Positions 21,416-29,352 of a stretch of 64,000 bases of DNA are shown here, piece after piece. The position numbers were made by a program, and so were the translations under genes. The first letter of the stretch is position 1; each line of letters begins with the position of its first letter. The stretch is from an uncultured delta proteobacterium (GTDB taxonomy: Bacteria > Myxococcota_A > Polyangia > Polyangiales > Polyangiaceae): assembly GCA_963782055.1 (NCBI GenBank), contig CAWAIF010000003.1, positions 896,001 through 960,000 of the forward strand, in the 5' to 3' direction. The notes under the pieces were generated by a model. It saw nothing but the letters and a program-made list of their open reading frames with translations. It did not search any database and had not been told where the DNA came from.

Positions 21416-22560
21416 TGTAGTGTGTCAGCGCCGGGTCTCGCCTCTCGCCCTCGCCCCGACTGCGCGCTTGCTCCGCTCCTCCGCGCACACGTCCGCCTGC
21501 TCCCCTCCGCCGCGCGACCAGCTTGTCAAAGACCGAGGCGCCGGACCAACATCCTCTCCGGCGCCCGTGCTTACGAGAACCGCCACCACCGGAGCCGGCC
21601 GTCGAACAGCAGCAGCCGTCCGCCGTGCGATCGCCCTGCGGCACGTCCCGCGTGCACCTCGTCGGGCGTCCGCCCTCCGAAGGCGCCATGCGGCCGGTGC
21701 GTGTTGTAGAACCACTCGAAGTCGCGGCACGCGCGCGCCACCTGCGCCCGGCTCCCCAGCATCCAGTAGCACCGCCGCAGCGTCTCCTTGAACGTCCGGA
21801 ACACGCGCTCGATCCGCCCGTTCGTCCACGGGTGGTACGGGCGCGTCATCGTGTGCACGATCCCGCGCGCGCCCATCAGCGCCGCGAACGCGCGCGACCG
21901 GAACACCGAGCCGCGGTCCGTGAGGATCCTCCGCGGGCACCCGTGCCGCGCGAACGCGCGGTCCATCGCGCGCCCGATCGCTGCGGCGGACGGCCACGCG
22001 ACCGGCTCGAGCGCCACGATCCGGCTGCCGTGGTAGTCGACCGCCCCCAGCACCCACACCGGCAAGAACCCCAGCACCCAGATCAACGTCAGGTCCACGC
22101 CCCAGAGCACGCGCGCCGCGCGCACGGCGATCCTCCGCCCCGGCCGCCCTCTCTCCCCTTCGAGCTCGGCGATCCTCCCCTGGTTCCGGATGACGATCCG
22201 GCGGAAGGTGCTCCGCGCCGCGTCGAACCCCAGCACCCGGCGCGCGAGGTGGCGGAGCTGCCCGGCGCCGAGGGCGGGCACCTCCACGTGCAGCCTGACG
22301 ATCTCCTCCTCGACCTCGCGGGCCGTACGGTTCCACCCCCGCCGCCGCTCCACGCGCACGACGTGCCCATGGCGGCGTAGCCATCCTCGCAGCAGCCTGC
22401 GGACCGAGCCTCGCAGCCGCCGGGCGCCCTTCCGGACCGAGCGCCGCCAGTCGTCCACCGCGAGCGCGCCGCGGAGCGCCAGCCGGACGATCAGCACGCA
22501 GACCGCGTCGTGAGCGCTCAGCAACGTCTCCATCCGGCGAGAATACGGCCGTGCAATGCG
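21416..22560 (-). mobile_element. IS481-like element; only one end recognised
   Basis: TGTAGTGTGTCAG terminus at 21416 abuts the truncated CRISPR repeat; the element contains an rve transposase. Confidence 0.6.
21571..22533 (-). CDS. DDE integrase-core (rve) transposase
   Basis: WGVDLT, LTDRGSVF, PWTNGRIERVFRTFKE, YNTHRPH...GRTPDE. Confidence 0.9.
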   Translation of the reverse strand: METLLSAHDAVCVLIVRLALRGALAVDDWRRSVRKGARRLRGSVRRLLRGWLRRHGHVVRVERRRGWNRTAREVEEEIVRLHVEVPALGAGQLRHLARRVLGFDAARSTFRRIVIRNQGRIAELEGERGRPGRRIAVRAARVLWGVDLTLIWVLGFLPVWVLGAVDYHGSRIVALEPVAWPSAAAIGRAMDRAFARHGCPRRILTDRGSVFRSRAFAALMGARGIVHTMTRPYHPWTNGRIERVFRTFKETLRRCYWMLGSRAQVARACRDFEWFYNTHRPHGAFGGRTPDEVHAGRAAGRSHGGRLLLFDGRLRWWRFS

Positions 22561-22591
22561 GCGGGCCGCCCGGCCGGGTAGGCGATCCGCA

Positions 22592-22629
22592 CCGCCAATA
22601 TTGGCGACCCGGACCGCCAATATTGGCGG
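22592..22629. repeat. Palindrome doublet CCGCCAATATTGGCG, 22-bp period
   Basis: Copies start at 22592 and 22614. Confidence 0.85.
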
Positions 22630-22648
22630 CCCGGATCGCGCGCTCCGC

Positions 22649-22969
22649 TCACCGCCCGACCAGCCGCACCAGCGTCCCGAGCACCTGATCGAACCGCCGC
22701 CGCACCTCCGGGTCGAGCTCGCCCATGTACCCGAGCGCCGCCGCCACCTCGAAGCACGCCACCACCTCCCGCAGCGAGCCCAGCGCGTTGTGGTACCGCG
22801 CCGCCCGGTTCTTCCCTCGCGAGTACATCCCCTCCGCCACGTTCAGCGGCGCGCTCGCCAGCGCCCTCCGGCACTGCCGGGCGAGATCCGCGTCACACCG
22901 CTCGAGCTGCCGCACCAGCGGCGCCACCGACCGAACCAGCTCCAAGAGCACAGGGTAGATGCGCAACAT
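22649..22969 (-). CDS. Four-helix-bundle protein (23S rRNA IVP / TIGR02436-like)
   Basis: LARQCRRALASAPLNVAEG...ALGSLRE motif; AAGGAG RBS; 106 aa. Confidence 0.88.
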   Translation of the reverse strand: MLRIYPVLLELVRSVAPLVRQLERCDADLARQCRRALASAPLNVAEGMYSRGKNRAARYHNALGSLREVVACFEVAAALGYMGELDPEVRRRFDQVLGTLVRLVGR

Positions 22970-23218
22970 GCCGTGACTCCTTGATCGCACCCGCGCACCG
23001 CGCGCGGGGGCACCCGCCCCAGCCCGCCGCGCGCAGGAGCTGTCGAGGCTGCGAGCGAAGCGAGCACCGCGCGCAGCCGCCCGCAGCCGCGCGGAGGGCG
23101 CGCTCTGGATCCCTCGCCCAGTGACGCGAACGCGCGCCCGAGCACGGCGAGGACGGCGAGCACGGCCCGGCCTCGACAGCTCCGAGCACGGCGGGACAAT
23201 CCCCTTCCCCGAGCGATC

Positions 23219-23305
23219 GCTCTCCCTCCCGCCCTCTCGCTCTCGCGCCCGCCCCCGCTCTCGCTCTCGCCCTCGCCCCCGCGCCCGCCCTCGCTCTCGC
23301 GCCCG
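23219..23305. repeat. Degenerate hexamer tract (C[CT]CGC[CTG])n
   Basis: ctcgctctcgcgcccgcccccgctctcgctctcgccctcgcccccgcgcccgcc... Confidence 0.85.
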
Positions 23306-23480
23306 CAGGTGGCGAGCTGCGGGATTTGTGGATCTACCTCGCGCGTTCGTCGCGGCGGTCGTGCGAGTCTGCGGCTTCGCCATCACGGCGCCCGCGGCCC
23401 GAGCGTCCAGTACCTCGTGCTCGACTGGCTGGACGGCGCGGCGACGCCGGCCGCATCTCGGGCGTGCTACGATCGACACC

Positions 23481-24086
23481 GTGTACGCCACGAAGGAACA
23501 GCTCCCCGAGCGCTCGATGGATCAGCGCGTCACGCTGCACGACGTGAGCTTCCAGGCCTACGAGGCGCTGCTGGCGTGGCGCGGCGAGCGGTCGGTGCCT
23601 CGGATGACGTACCTCGAAGGGGAGCTCGAGCTGATGACGCCTTCCATCGATCACGAGCTGCAGAAGACGCTGCTCGGCCGGCTGCTCGAGACGTTCGCGG
23701 ACGAGACCGGCCTCGAGCTGGAGGGTGCCGGCTCGTGGACCGTCAAGCGGCGCGACCTCGAGCGCGGCGCCGAGGCCGACGAGTGCTACGTCCTCGGGTC
23801 GATCCAGGACCTTCGCCCGGCGGCGCCGGACATCGCGATCGAGGTCCTGTGGACCCGCGGCGGGCTCGACAAGCTGGAGGTCTGGCGGAAGCTCGGCGCG
23901 CGCGAGGTGTGGGGCTGGTCACGCGGGAAGCTCACCTTCCACGTGCTCCACCGCGATCGGTACACGGCGGCCAGACGCAGCAAGCTCGTGCCCGGGCTCA
24001 ACCCTGATTTGATCGCAAGGTGCATGCAGTCCCGGACGCAGGGCGAAGCGGTCCGGATGCTCCGCGCCGCGCTCCGGAAGCGCTGA
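23481..24086 (+). CDS. Uma2-family (PD-(D/E)XK) endonuclease
   Basis: RMTYLEGELELMTPSIDHE, GSWT, EADECY, PDIAIEV, LGAREVW. Confidence 0.9.
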   Translation: MYATKEQLPERSMDQRVTLHDVSFQAYEALLAWRGERSVPRMTYLEGELELMTPSIDHELQKTLLGRLLETFADETGLELEGAGSWTVKRRDLERGAEADECYVLGSIQDLRPAAPDIAIEVLWTRGGLDKLEVWRKLGAREVWGWSRGKLTFHVLHRDRYTAARRSKLVPGLNPDLIARCMQSRTQGEAVRMLRAALRKR

Positions 24087-24137
24087 TCCAGGATGGTTCG
24101 GGGCCGCCGCGCGGCGTGCATCCTCGTGGCGAGCTGC

Positions 24138-24203
24138 GGCGCCACGGACCGAACCAGCTCCAGCAACCCAGGGTAGATGCGCAACCTCGCAGACTCCTTC
24201 CTC
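24138..24203 (-). pseudogene. 5' remnant of a second four-helix-bundle gene
   Basis: AAGGAG RBS then LRIYPGLLELVRSVAP, nearly identical to the start of 22649-22969; ATG is lost. Confidence 0.8.
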
Positions 24204-24218
24204 ACGCCGGCGTCTCCT

Positions 24219-24275
24219 ACCCCCGCGCCCGCCCTCGCCCCCGCGCCCGCCCTCGCCCCCGCGTGAGGGCGGGGA
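24219..24275. repeat. Short hexamer tract
   Basis: cccccgcgcccgccctcg occurs twice, followed by a short G-rich arm. Confidence 0.7.
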
Positions 24276-24335
24276 GCGCGCCGTCCCCTGCGTTTTGCAC
24301 TTTTGCCACGCGCGCGCGTGTGGCAGACGACACGG

Positions 24336-27300
24336 GTGATCGATCTGGTGCAGAAGCTCGCCCGGACGCCCGCGCGCCGCGGCGGCATCCTGGACATCCC
24401 CTTCGCCCAGTACGCCGAGGACGTCGGCTCCGCCCGGGTCGCCACCTTGCTCGCGAACTACGCGCGCCTGCACCGCCGGCCCACCCTGCGCGCGGTGATC
24501 TGCGACGACCGCTTCCAGCGCTGGGCCACCCTCGCCAGATCCTCGCGCATGGTCGCCGCGGTCAAAGAGGAGCTCTCCTTCGTGGCCACCGTCGTCGAGG
24601 AGGAATACATCCTGGATGATGAGGAGGTGGAGGACGAGCCCCCGGACGCGCACCAATCGCTCCGCGCGTGGGCCGAGGAAGCCGGCGTGGCGCGGCGGCT
24701 CGCGGACCCCGCGGCGGTGCTCGCCGCACGGATGGGCGGCGCCGCGTCGTGGATCCTTCGCACGGCGCACGGCGCGACGGTCGCCGACGTGCTCGAGGGC
24801 AAGTCGATCGTCGCCGGCGGCCTCGGGCCCGCCGAGCGCAAGAAGCTCGCGGCCGCCGCCGAGGCCCACGTGCGCCGGGCGGGCGAGCGCGCCCTCGCCG
24901 ATCGGCGTGAGGAGGAACGGATCGCCGCGCTCGGCCACGTGCCCGAGGGCGAAGGCGCCCGCGCCTTCCTCGCGGCGGTCGAGGCGGCGCTCGCGACGAC
25001 GAAGCGGAGTCGCGAGGCATACGTCGCAGGCGTCGAGCTCCGGCGCGATCCCACGCGGCTGCACGTGCAGGTCGAGACGTGCGCCCGTGGCAGGCAGCGC
25101 ACCGGCGCCGGGGCCCTCCTGCTCGAGGACTGGCGCTCGGCGCCTCTGGCCAGGAGGCTCACGGGCGAGAAGATGCTGGCGGAGACCCTCCTGCGCGCTT
25201 GCCGCCGCGTGCTCCGCGATCCGGGCCACGCCGTTCATGCACCCCTCGTCGCGTACCTGAACGAGCCTCCCTGGCAGCGCGTCGCGCGACGCATCGCCGA
25301 GCTCGCCACGCGCGACGCTCTGGGCGAAGGCGCGGAGCTCCGGATCGGCTGGCGCGTGACCGGCGAGCGGCACCTCCGCGTCGAGCCGGAGGTGTCGGCG
25401 GGGACGGACCCCCCGCATCCGGTCTCCGTCGAGGCCCTCCTGCGCGCCCACGCGGGCGCCCTCGCGCCGCGCGACGAGGCGGTGGCGCGCGCGCTCCACG
25501 AGCCGCGCGCGTATGGTTACTACTACCCGCAGCCGGGAGGCGAGTCGCGCGCGCGGACGTACCGGGCGCTCGCGCTGCTCGTCGGCCACCCGCGCGTCCT
25601 GGGACGCGGCGGCATCGGCCTCGCCGTGCGCGAAGGAGAGCTCGAGATCGCCATCGAGGAGGGCCCAGGGGGCTTCCGGTACGCGTTCACCGTCGCGGGC
25701 GAGGGACTCTCGGCCCCCGAGCTTCGCGCCGCGGTGGATCGCGAGGGCTTCATCGTCCACATCGACCCGTCCCGGCGCTGCGTGCTGCTCGCGCACGTGG
25801 GCGCCCGGCGCGCCGCCGTGCTCCAGGCGCTCGTCTCGGAGGACGCCGTCTTCCCCCACGCCGCCGCGCAGGATCTGCTCGAGCAGAGCGTCGCGCTCCG
25901 CGGCCTGCTCCCCACGCACATCCCCGAGACGCTTGCGGGCGAGCGGGTCGAGGCGGACGCCCGCCCGCACGTGCGGGTCGTGCGCGAGGGCGCGACGCTC
26001 TCCCTCGAGTGGCTCGTCCGCCCGATCCCGTCGGGCCCGAGCTTCCCGCCGGGCGCCGGCCAGGAGCAGGTGCTCCTGCACGTGGACGGGCGCGCCGTCT
26101 TCGCGATGCGCGCGCGGGAGGACGAGTTCCAGCGCGCCCAGGCGCTCTCGGCGCGCCTGCCGCCGCCCGCGGCGAGCGGTCGGTACGAGGGGATCGAGGC
26201 GATGCTCGCGGTCATCGCGAGCCTGCGCGACGCGGTGGAGGCGGACGAGGCGGTCGTCCTGTGGCCAAAGACGCTCCCCAAAGTCGTCGGCGCGATGAGC
26301 GCCGCGAGCCTGCGGCTCGCCGTCTCTGCCGAGCGCGACTGGTTCGGCGTGCGCGGCGGCGCCTCCTCCGGGGGGGTGGAGATCACGCTCGCCAATCTGC
26401 TCGCGGCGAGGCGCGCGGGCGAGAAGCTCGTCGCCATCGGTCCGGACCGGCTCGTCGCCATCGCAGACGACCTGCGGGCCCGACTCGACGCGCTCGAGGC
26501 GATTGCCCGGCCCGCGTCGGTCTCGTCCAGGAGCGACTCGCTCGAGATCGCCCGCGTGGCGGCGCCCCTCCTCGCCGAGCTCGCGCGGGAGCAGATCGAC
26601 GCCGCGCCCCCCTTCTGGTCGCTCCTCGAGCGGATCGAGGCGGCGAAGGCGAGCACGCCGAAGCTCCCTCGCGGGTTCCGCAAGACACTCCGCCCCTACC
26701 AGGTCGACGGGTACCGGTGGATGAGTCGCCTCGCGGCGTGGGGCGCGGGCGGGTGCCTCGCCGACGAGATGGGCCTCGGGAAGACGGTGCAGGCGCTGGC
26801 GATGCTCGCGGCGCGGAGCGACGCCGGCCCCGCCCTCGTCGTCGCGCCCACGTCCGTCGGACCCAACTGGATCCGCGAGGCCGCGCGCTTCGCGCCGCGG
26901 CTGCGCGCCGTGCTTCACCGGGGCGCGGACCGCGCGTCCGCGCTGCGGGAGCTCGGGCCGGGCGATCTGCTCGTCACCAGCTACGACATCGCCGTGCGCG
27001 ATCGCGAGCGCCTCGCCGAGGTCCGCTTCGCGACGATCGTCGCGGACGAGGCCCAGGCGATCAAGAACGGCGCGACCGCCCGCGCGCAGGCGCTCCGGTC
27101 GCTCCAGGCCGAGATGCGTGTCGCGCTCACCGGCACGCCCGTCGAGAACCGCCTCGCCGAGCTCCACAGCCTGATGGAGTTCCTCAACCCGGGCTTCTTC
27201 GGCAGCGAGAAGGCGTTTCGCGCGCGGTACGTCATCCCGATCGAGCGCGACAAGGACCGCGCGCGCAGCGAGGCGCTGGCGGCGCTGGTGCGCCCGTTCT

Positions 27301-28079
27301 TGTTGCGGCGAATGAAGTCGGAGGTGCTCTCCGAGCTGCCCGCGCGCACCGAGATCACCCGCGCCGTCGAGCGCAGCGCCCCGGAGCGGCGACTCTACGA
27401 GGCCGCCAGGCGCGTCGCGCTGGAGGCGGTCACCGGAGGGGACGAGCGCGGCCGCTTCCGCGTCCTCGCCGAGATCATGCGCCTGCGGCGCCTCGCGTGT
27501 CACCCGAGGCTCTTCGACGAGCGCTCGACCGTGCCTTCGTCCAAGCTCGAGGCGTTCCTCGCGCTGGTCGGCGAGCTCCGCGACGGCGGTCACCGCGCGC
27601 TCGTCTTCAGCCAGTTCACCGGGCACCTCGCGCTCGTGGAGGAGGCGCTGCGCGAGCGCGGCGTCCCGTACCTCTACCTCGACGGGCAGACGCCGCTCGC
27701 CGACCGCACGCGCAGGGTCGCGGCGTTCCAGGCCGGCGAGGGCGACGTCTTCCTCATCTCGCTCAAGGCCGGCGGCACCGGCCTCAACCTCACGGCCGCG
27801 GACACCGTGATCCACCTCGACCCGTGGTGGAACCCCGCCGTCGAGGACCAGGCCTCCGACCGCGCGCACCGCATCGGACAGACGCGGCCCGTGACGGTGG
27901 TGCGCCTCATCGCGCAGGGGACGATCGAGGAGGCCGTGCTCGCCCTCCACGCGGACAAGCGCGAGCTCGCAGAGTCGATCCTCGCGGGCGCGGGCGCGAC
28001 CGGCAAGCTGTCGATGGTGGAGCTCGGCGCGCTGATCCGGGAGGGCGCGACGCCCGGCGGCTCGCGCGAGTCTTCATGA
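24336..28079 (+). CDS. Large SNF2-family (DEAD/DEAH-like) helicase
   Basis: LRPYQ, LADEMGLGKT, DEAQAIKN, LTGTPVENRL, SLKAGGTGLNL, DPWWNPAVEDQASDRAHRIGQ. Confidence 0.93.
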   Translation: MIDLVQKLARTPARRGGILDIPFAQYAEDVGSARVATLLANYARLHRRPTLRAVICDDRFQRWATLARSSRMVAAVKEELSFVATVVEEEYILDDEEVEDEPPDAHQSLRAWAEEAGVARRLADPAAVLAARMGGAASWILRTAHGATVADVLEGKSIVAGGLGPAERKKLAAAAEAHVRRAGERALADRREEERIAALGHVPEGEGARAFLAAVEAALATTKRSREAYVAGVELRRDPTRLHVQVETCARGRQRTGAGALLLEDWRSAPLARRLTGEKMLAETLLRACRRVLRDPGHAVHAPLVAYLNEPPWQRVARRIAELATRDALGEGAELRIGWRVTGERHLRVEPEVSAGTDPPHPVSVEALLRAHAGALAPRDEAVARALHEPRAYGYYYPQPGGESRARTYRALALLVGHPRVLGRGGIGLAVREGELEIAIEEGPGGFRYAFTVAGEGLSAPELRAAVDREGFIVHIDPSRRCVLLAHVGARRAAVLQALVSEDAVFPHAAAQDLLEQSVALRGLLPTHIPETLAGERVEADARPHVRVVREGATLSLEWLVRPIPSGPSFPPGAGQEQVLLHVDGRAVFAMRAREDEFQRAQALSARLPPPAASGRYEGIEAMLAVIASLRDAVEADEAVVLWPKTLPKVVGAMSAASLRLAVSAERDWFGVRGGASSGGVEITLANLLAARRAGEKLVAIGPDRLVAIADDLRARLDALEAIARPASVSSRSDSLEIARVAAPLLAELAREQIDAAPPFWSLLERIEAAKASTPKLPRGFRKTLRPYQVDGYRWMSRLAAWGAGGCLADEMGLGKTVQALAMLAARSDAGPALVVAPTSVGPNWIREAARFAPRLRAVLHRGADRASALRELGPGDLLVTSYDIAVRDRERLAEVRFATIVADEAQAIKNGATARAQALRSLQAEMRVALTGTPVENRLAELHSLMEFLNPGFFGSEKAFRARYVIPIERDKDRARSEALAALVRPFLLRRMKSEVLSELPARTEITRAVERSAPERRLYEAARRVALEAVTGGDERGRFRVLAEIMRLRRLACHPRLFDERSTVPSSKLEAFLALVGELRDGGHRALVFSQFTGHLALVEEALRERGVPYLYLDGQTPLADRTRRVAAFQAGEGDVFLISLKAGGTGLNLTAADTVIHLDPWWNPAVEDQASDRAHRIGQTRPVTVVRLIAQGTIEEAVLALHADKRELAESILAGAGATGKLSMVELGALIREGATPGGSRESS

Positions 28080-28307
28080 TTCGCGTCTCCCCCGTGCCGA
28101 CCGGATCGCGCGTCAGCACGGCCCCCTACGTCCCGCGCGCAACGATCGCCCTCCAGCGCGCGACCATGTCGCGGGTGGTGGCGCGCGAGCTCTCGCGCAC
28201 CCGCCAGGAGCGCCAGGAGCGCCGACTCGTGCTCGACGTGTGCCGCCTCTCAGTCGGGAGGGCCTACGTGCCGGCGGCGGCACCGCAGCTCAGGACGACG
28301 ACGCGAG

Positions 28308-28781
28308 TCACTCCTCGGTCTCACCCCGCAGCGCGCGGCGGATCGCCTCCGCGTCCGCCTGGTCCTTCAGCCGGCCGTGCTCCTTCATGCGGAGCAATCC
28401 CTCGAGCGAGACCAGGTTGACGTTGCCGATGCGCTTCCGGTAGCGCGCGAGCTCCTGCCACGAGAAGCCCGACGCGGAGTTCATCACGTCGACGGTGAAC
28501 TCGTCGTTGATGCGGATCGCGTAGGGCTCCTCGTGGAGCGTCTCGTCGCCCTCGAGTTCCTTGGCCGCGCCGTCCGGCAGCTTGGAGAGCGCCCGGACCC
28601 ACCGCCGCGCGTTCTCCGCGGTGGGCTCGACGAGGATGTCGACGTCCTCGGTGAGGCGCACGATGCCCTGGAGCGCGAGCGCGTACCCGCCGATGAGCGC
28701 GTACTCGACGTGCTCGTCCTCGAGGAGCTTCGCTACGCGCTCGACGTCCTGGTACGTCGCCGCACGCGTTCGCTCGTCCAT
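28308..28781 (-). CDS. Pol-beta superfamily nucleotidyltransferase
   Basis: YALIGGYALALQGIVRLTEDVDIL, ending ...K...R.KDQAD. Confidence 0.85.
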   Translation of the reverse strand: MDERTRAATYQDVERVAKLLEDEHVEYALIGGYALALQGIVRLTEDVDILVEPTAENARRWVRALSKLPDGAAKELEGDETLHEEPYAIRINDEFTVDVMNSASGFSWQELARYRKRIGNVNLVSLEGLLRMKEHGRLKDQADAEAIRRALRGETEE

Positions 28782-28921
28782 CGGTCCCAATCGCGGTTCG
28801 CCTCCTCCTGCGAACGATAGCGAAACACGCCCTTCGGTGCGCCGCCACCGAAAGCGAGGACCAGCGCGTCGAGGCCGGCGCGATCTCCGTGACCCTTCCG
28901 TCGCTTCCCGACGACACGCAT
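28733..28921 (-). CDS. Small hypothetical protein overlapping the nucleotidyltransferase start
   Basis: 62 aa ORF MRVVGKRR...PKGVFRYRSQEEAN in an operon-like overlap. Confidence 0.55.
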   Translation of the reverse strand: MRVVGKRRKGHGDRAGLDALVLAFGGGAPKGVFRYRSQEEANRDWDRWTSERVRRRTRTSSA

Positions 28922-28984
28922 GCGGCGAGCTTGTCACCCGGTCCGGCCGGGCGCCATCGCAAAAGCGGATCGCCCGCTCCCATG

Positions 28985-29290
28985 CCCGGCCCGCCCTCGC
29001 CCTCGCGCCCCCGCCCGCGCCTCGCCCTCGCGCCCGCGCCCGCGCCCGCCCCCGCGCCCGCCCCCGCTCCCGCTCTCGCGCCCGCCCCCGCGCCCGCCCC
29101 CGCGCCCGCCCCCGCGCCCGCGCCCGCCCCCGCTCCCGCTCTCGCGCCCGCCCCCGCTCCCGCTCCCGCTCTCGCTCTCGCTCCCGCTCCCGCTCCCGCT
29201 CTCGCCCTGGGGTTCGCGAGAGGGAGAGCGAGAGCGTGGGGGAGAGCGAGAGCGTGGGGGAGAGCGAGAGCGTGGGGGAGAGGGAGGGCG
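28985..29290. repeat. Long hexamer tract with inverted polarity (C-rich arm, then G-rich arm)
   Basis: (cccgcg/cccgcc/cccgct/ctcgct)n to ~29206, then gagagcgagagcgtgggg three times. Confidence 0.9.
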
Positions 29291-29352
29291 TGCGGGAGGA
29301 CGCGCGGGAGCCGTGCGTGCAGACCAGGGCCATTCGTGCGACTCTCGGGCGC

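Noticed and set aside
16413..21689. Many long ORFs with MGPPLIAAED / LQWGRRSSRRKT repeats
   Set aside because: They are translations of the CRISPR repeats, not proteins.
21416..22533. CRISPR-associated transposon (CAST) or casposon interpretation
   Set aside because: No TnsC/TniQ or polymerase gene; a lone rve transposase fits an IS better.
22649..22969. Diversity-generating retroelement suggested by the Avd-like fold
   Set aside because: No reverse transcriptase and no template/variable repeat pair with A-specific mismatches in the window.
23380..23440. Kinase-like peptide HG....YLVLDWLDG
   Set aside because: Too short to call; no other kinase motifs nearby.
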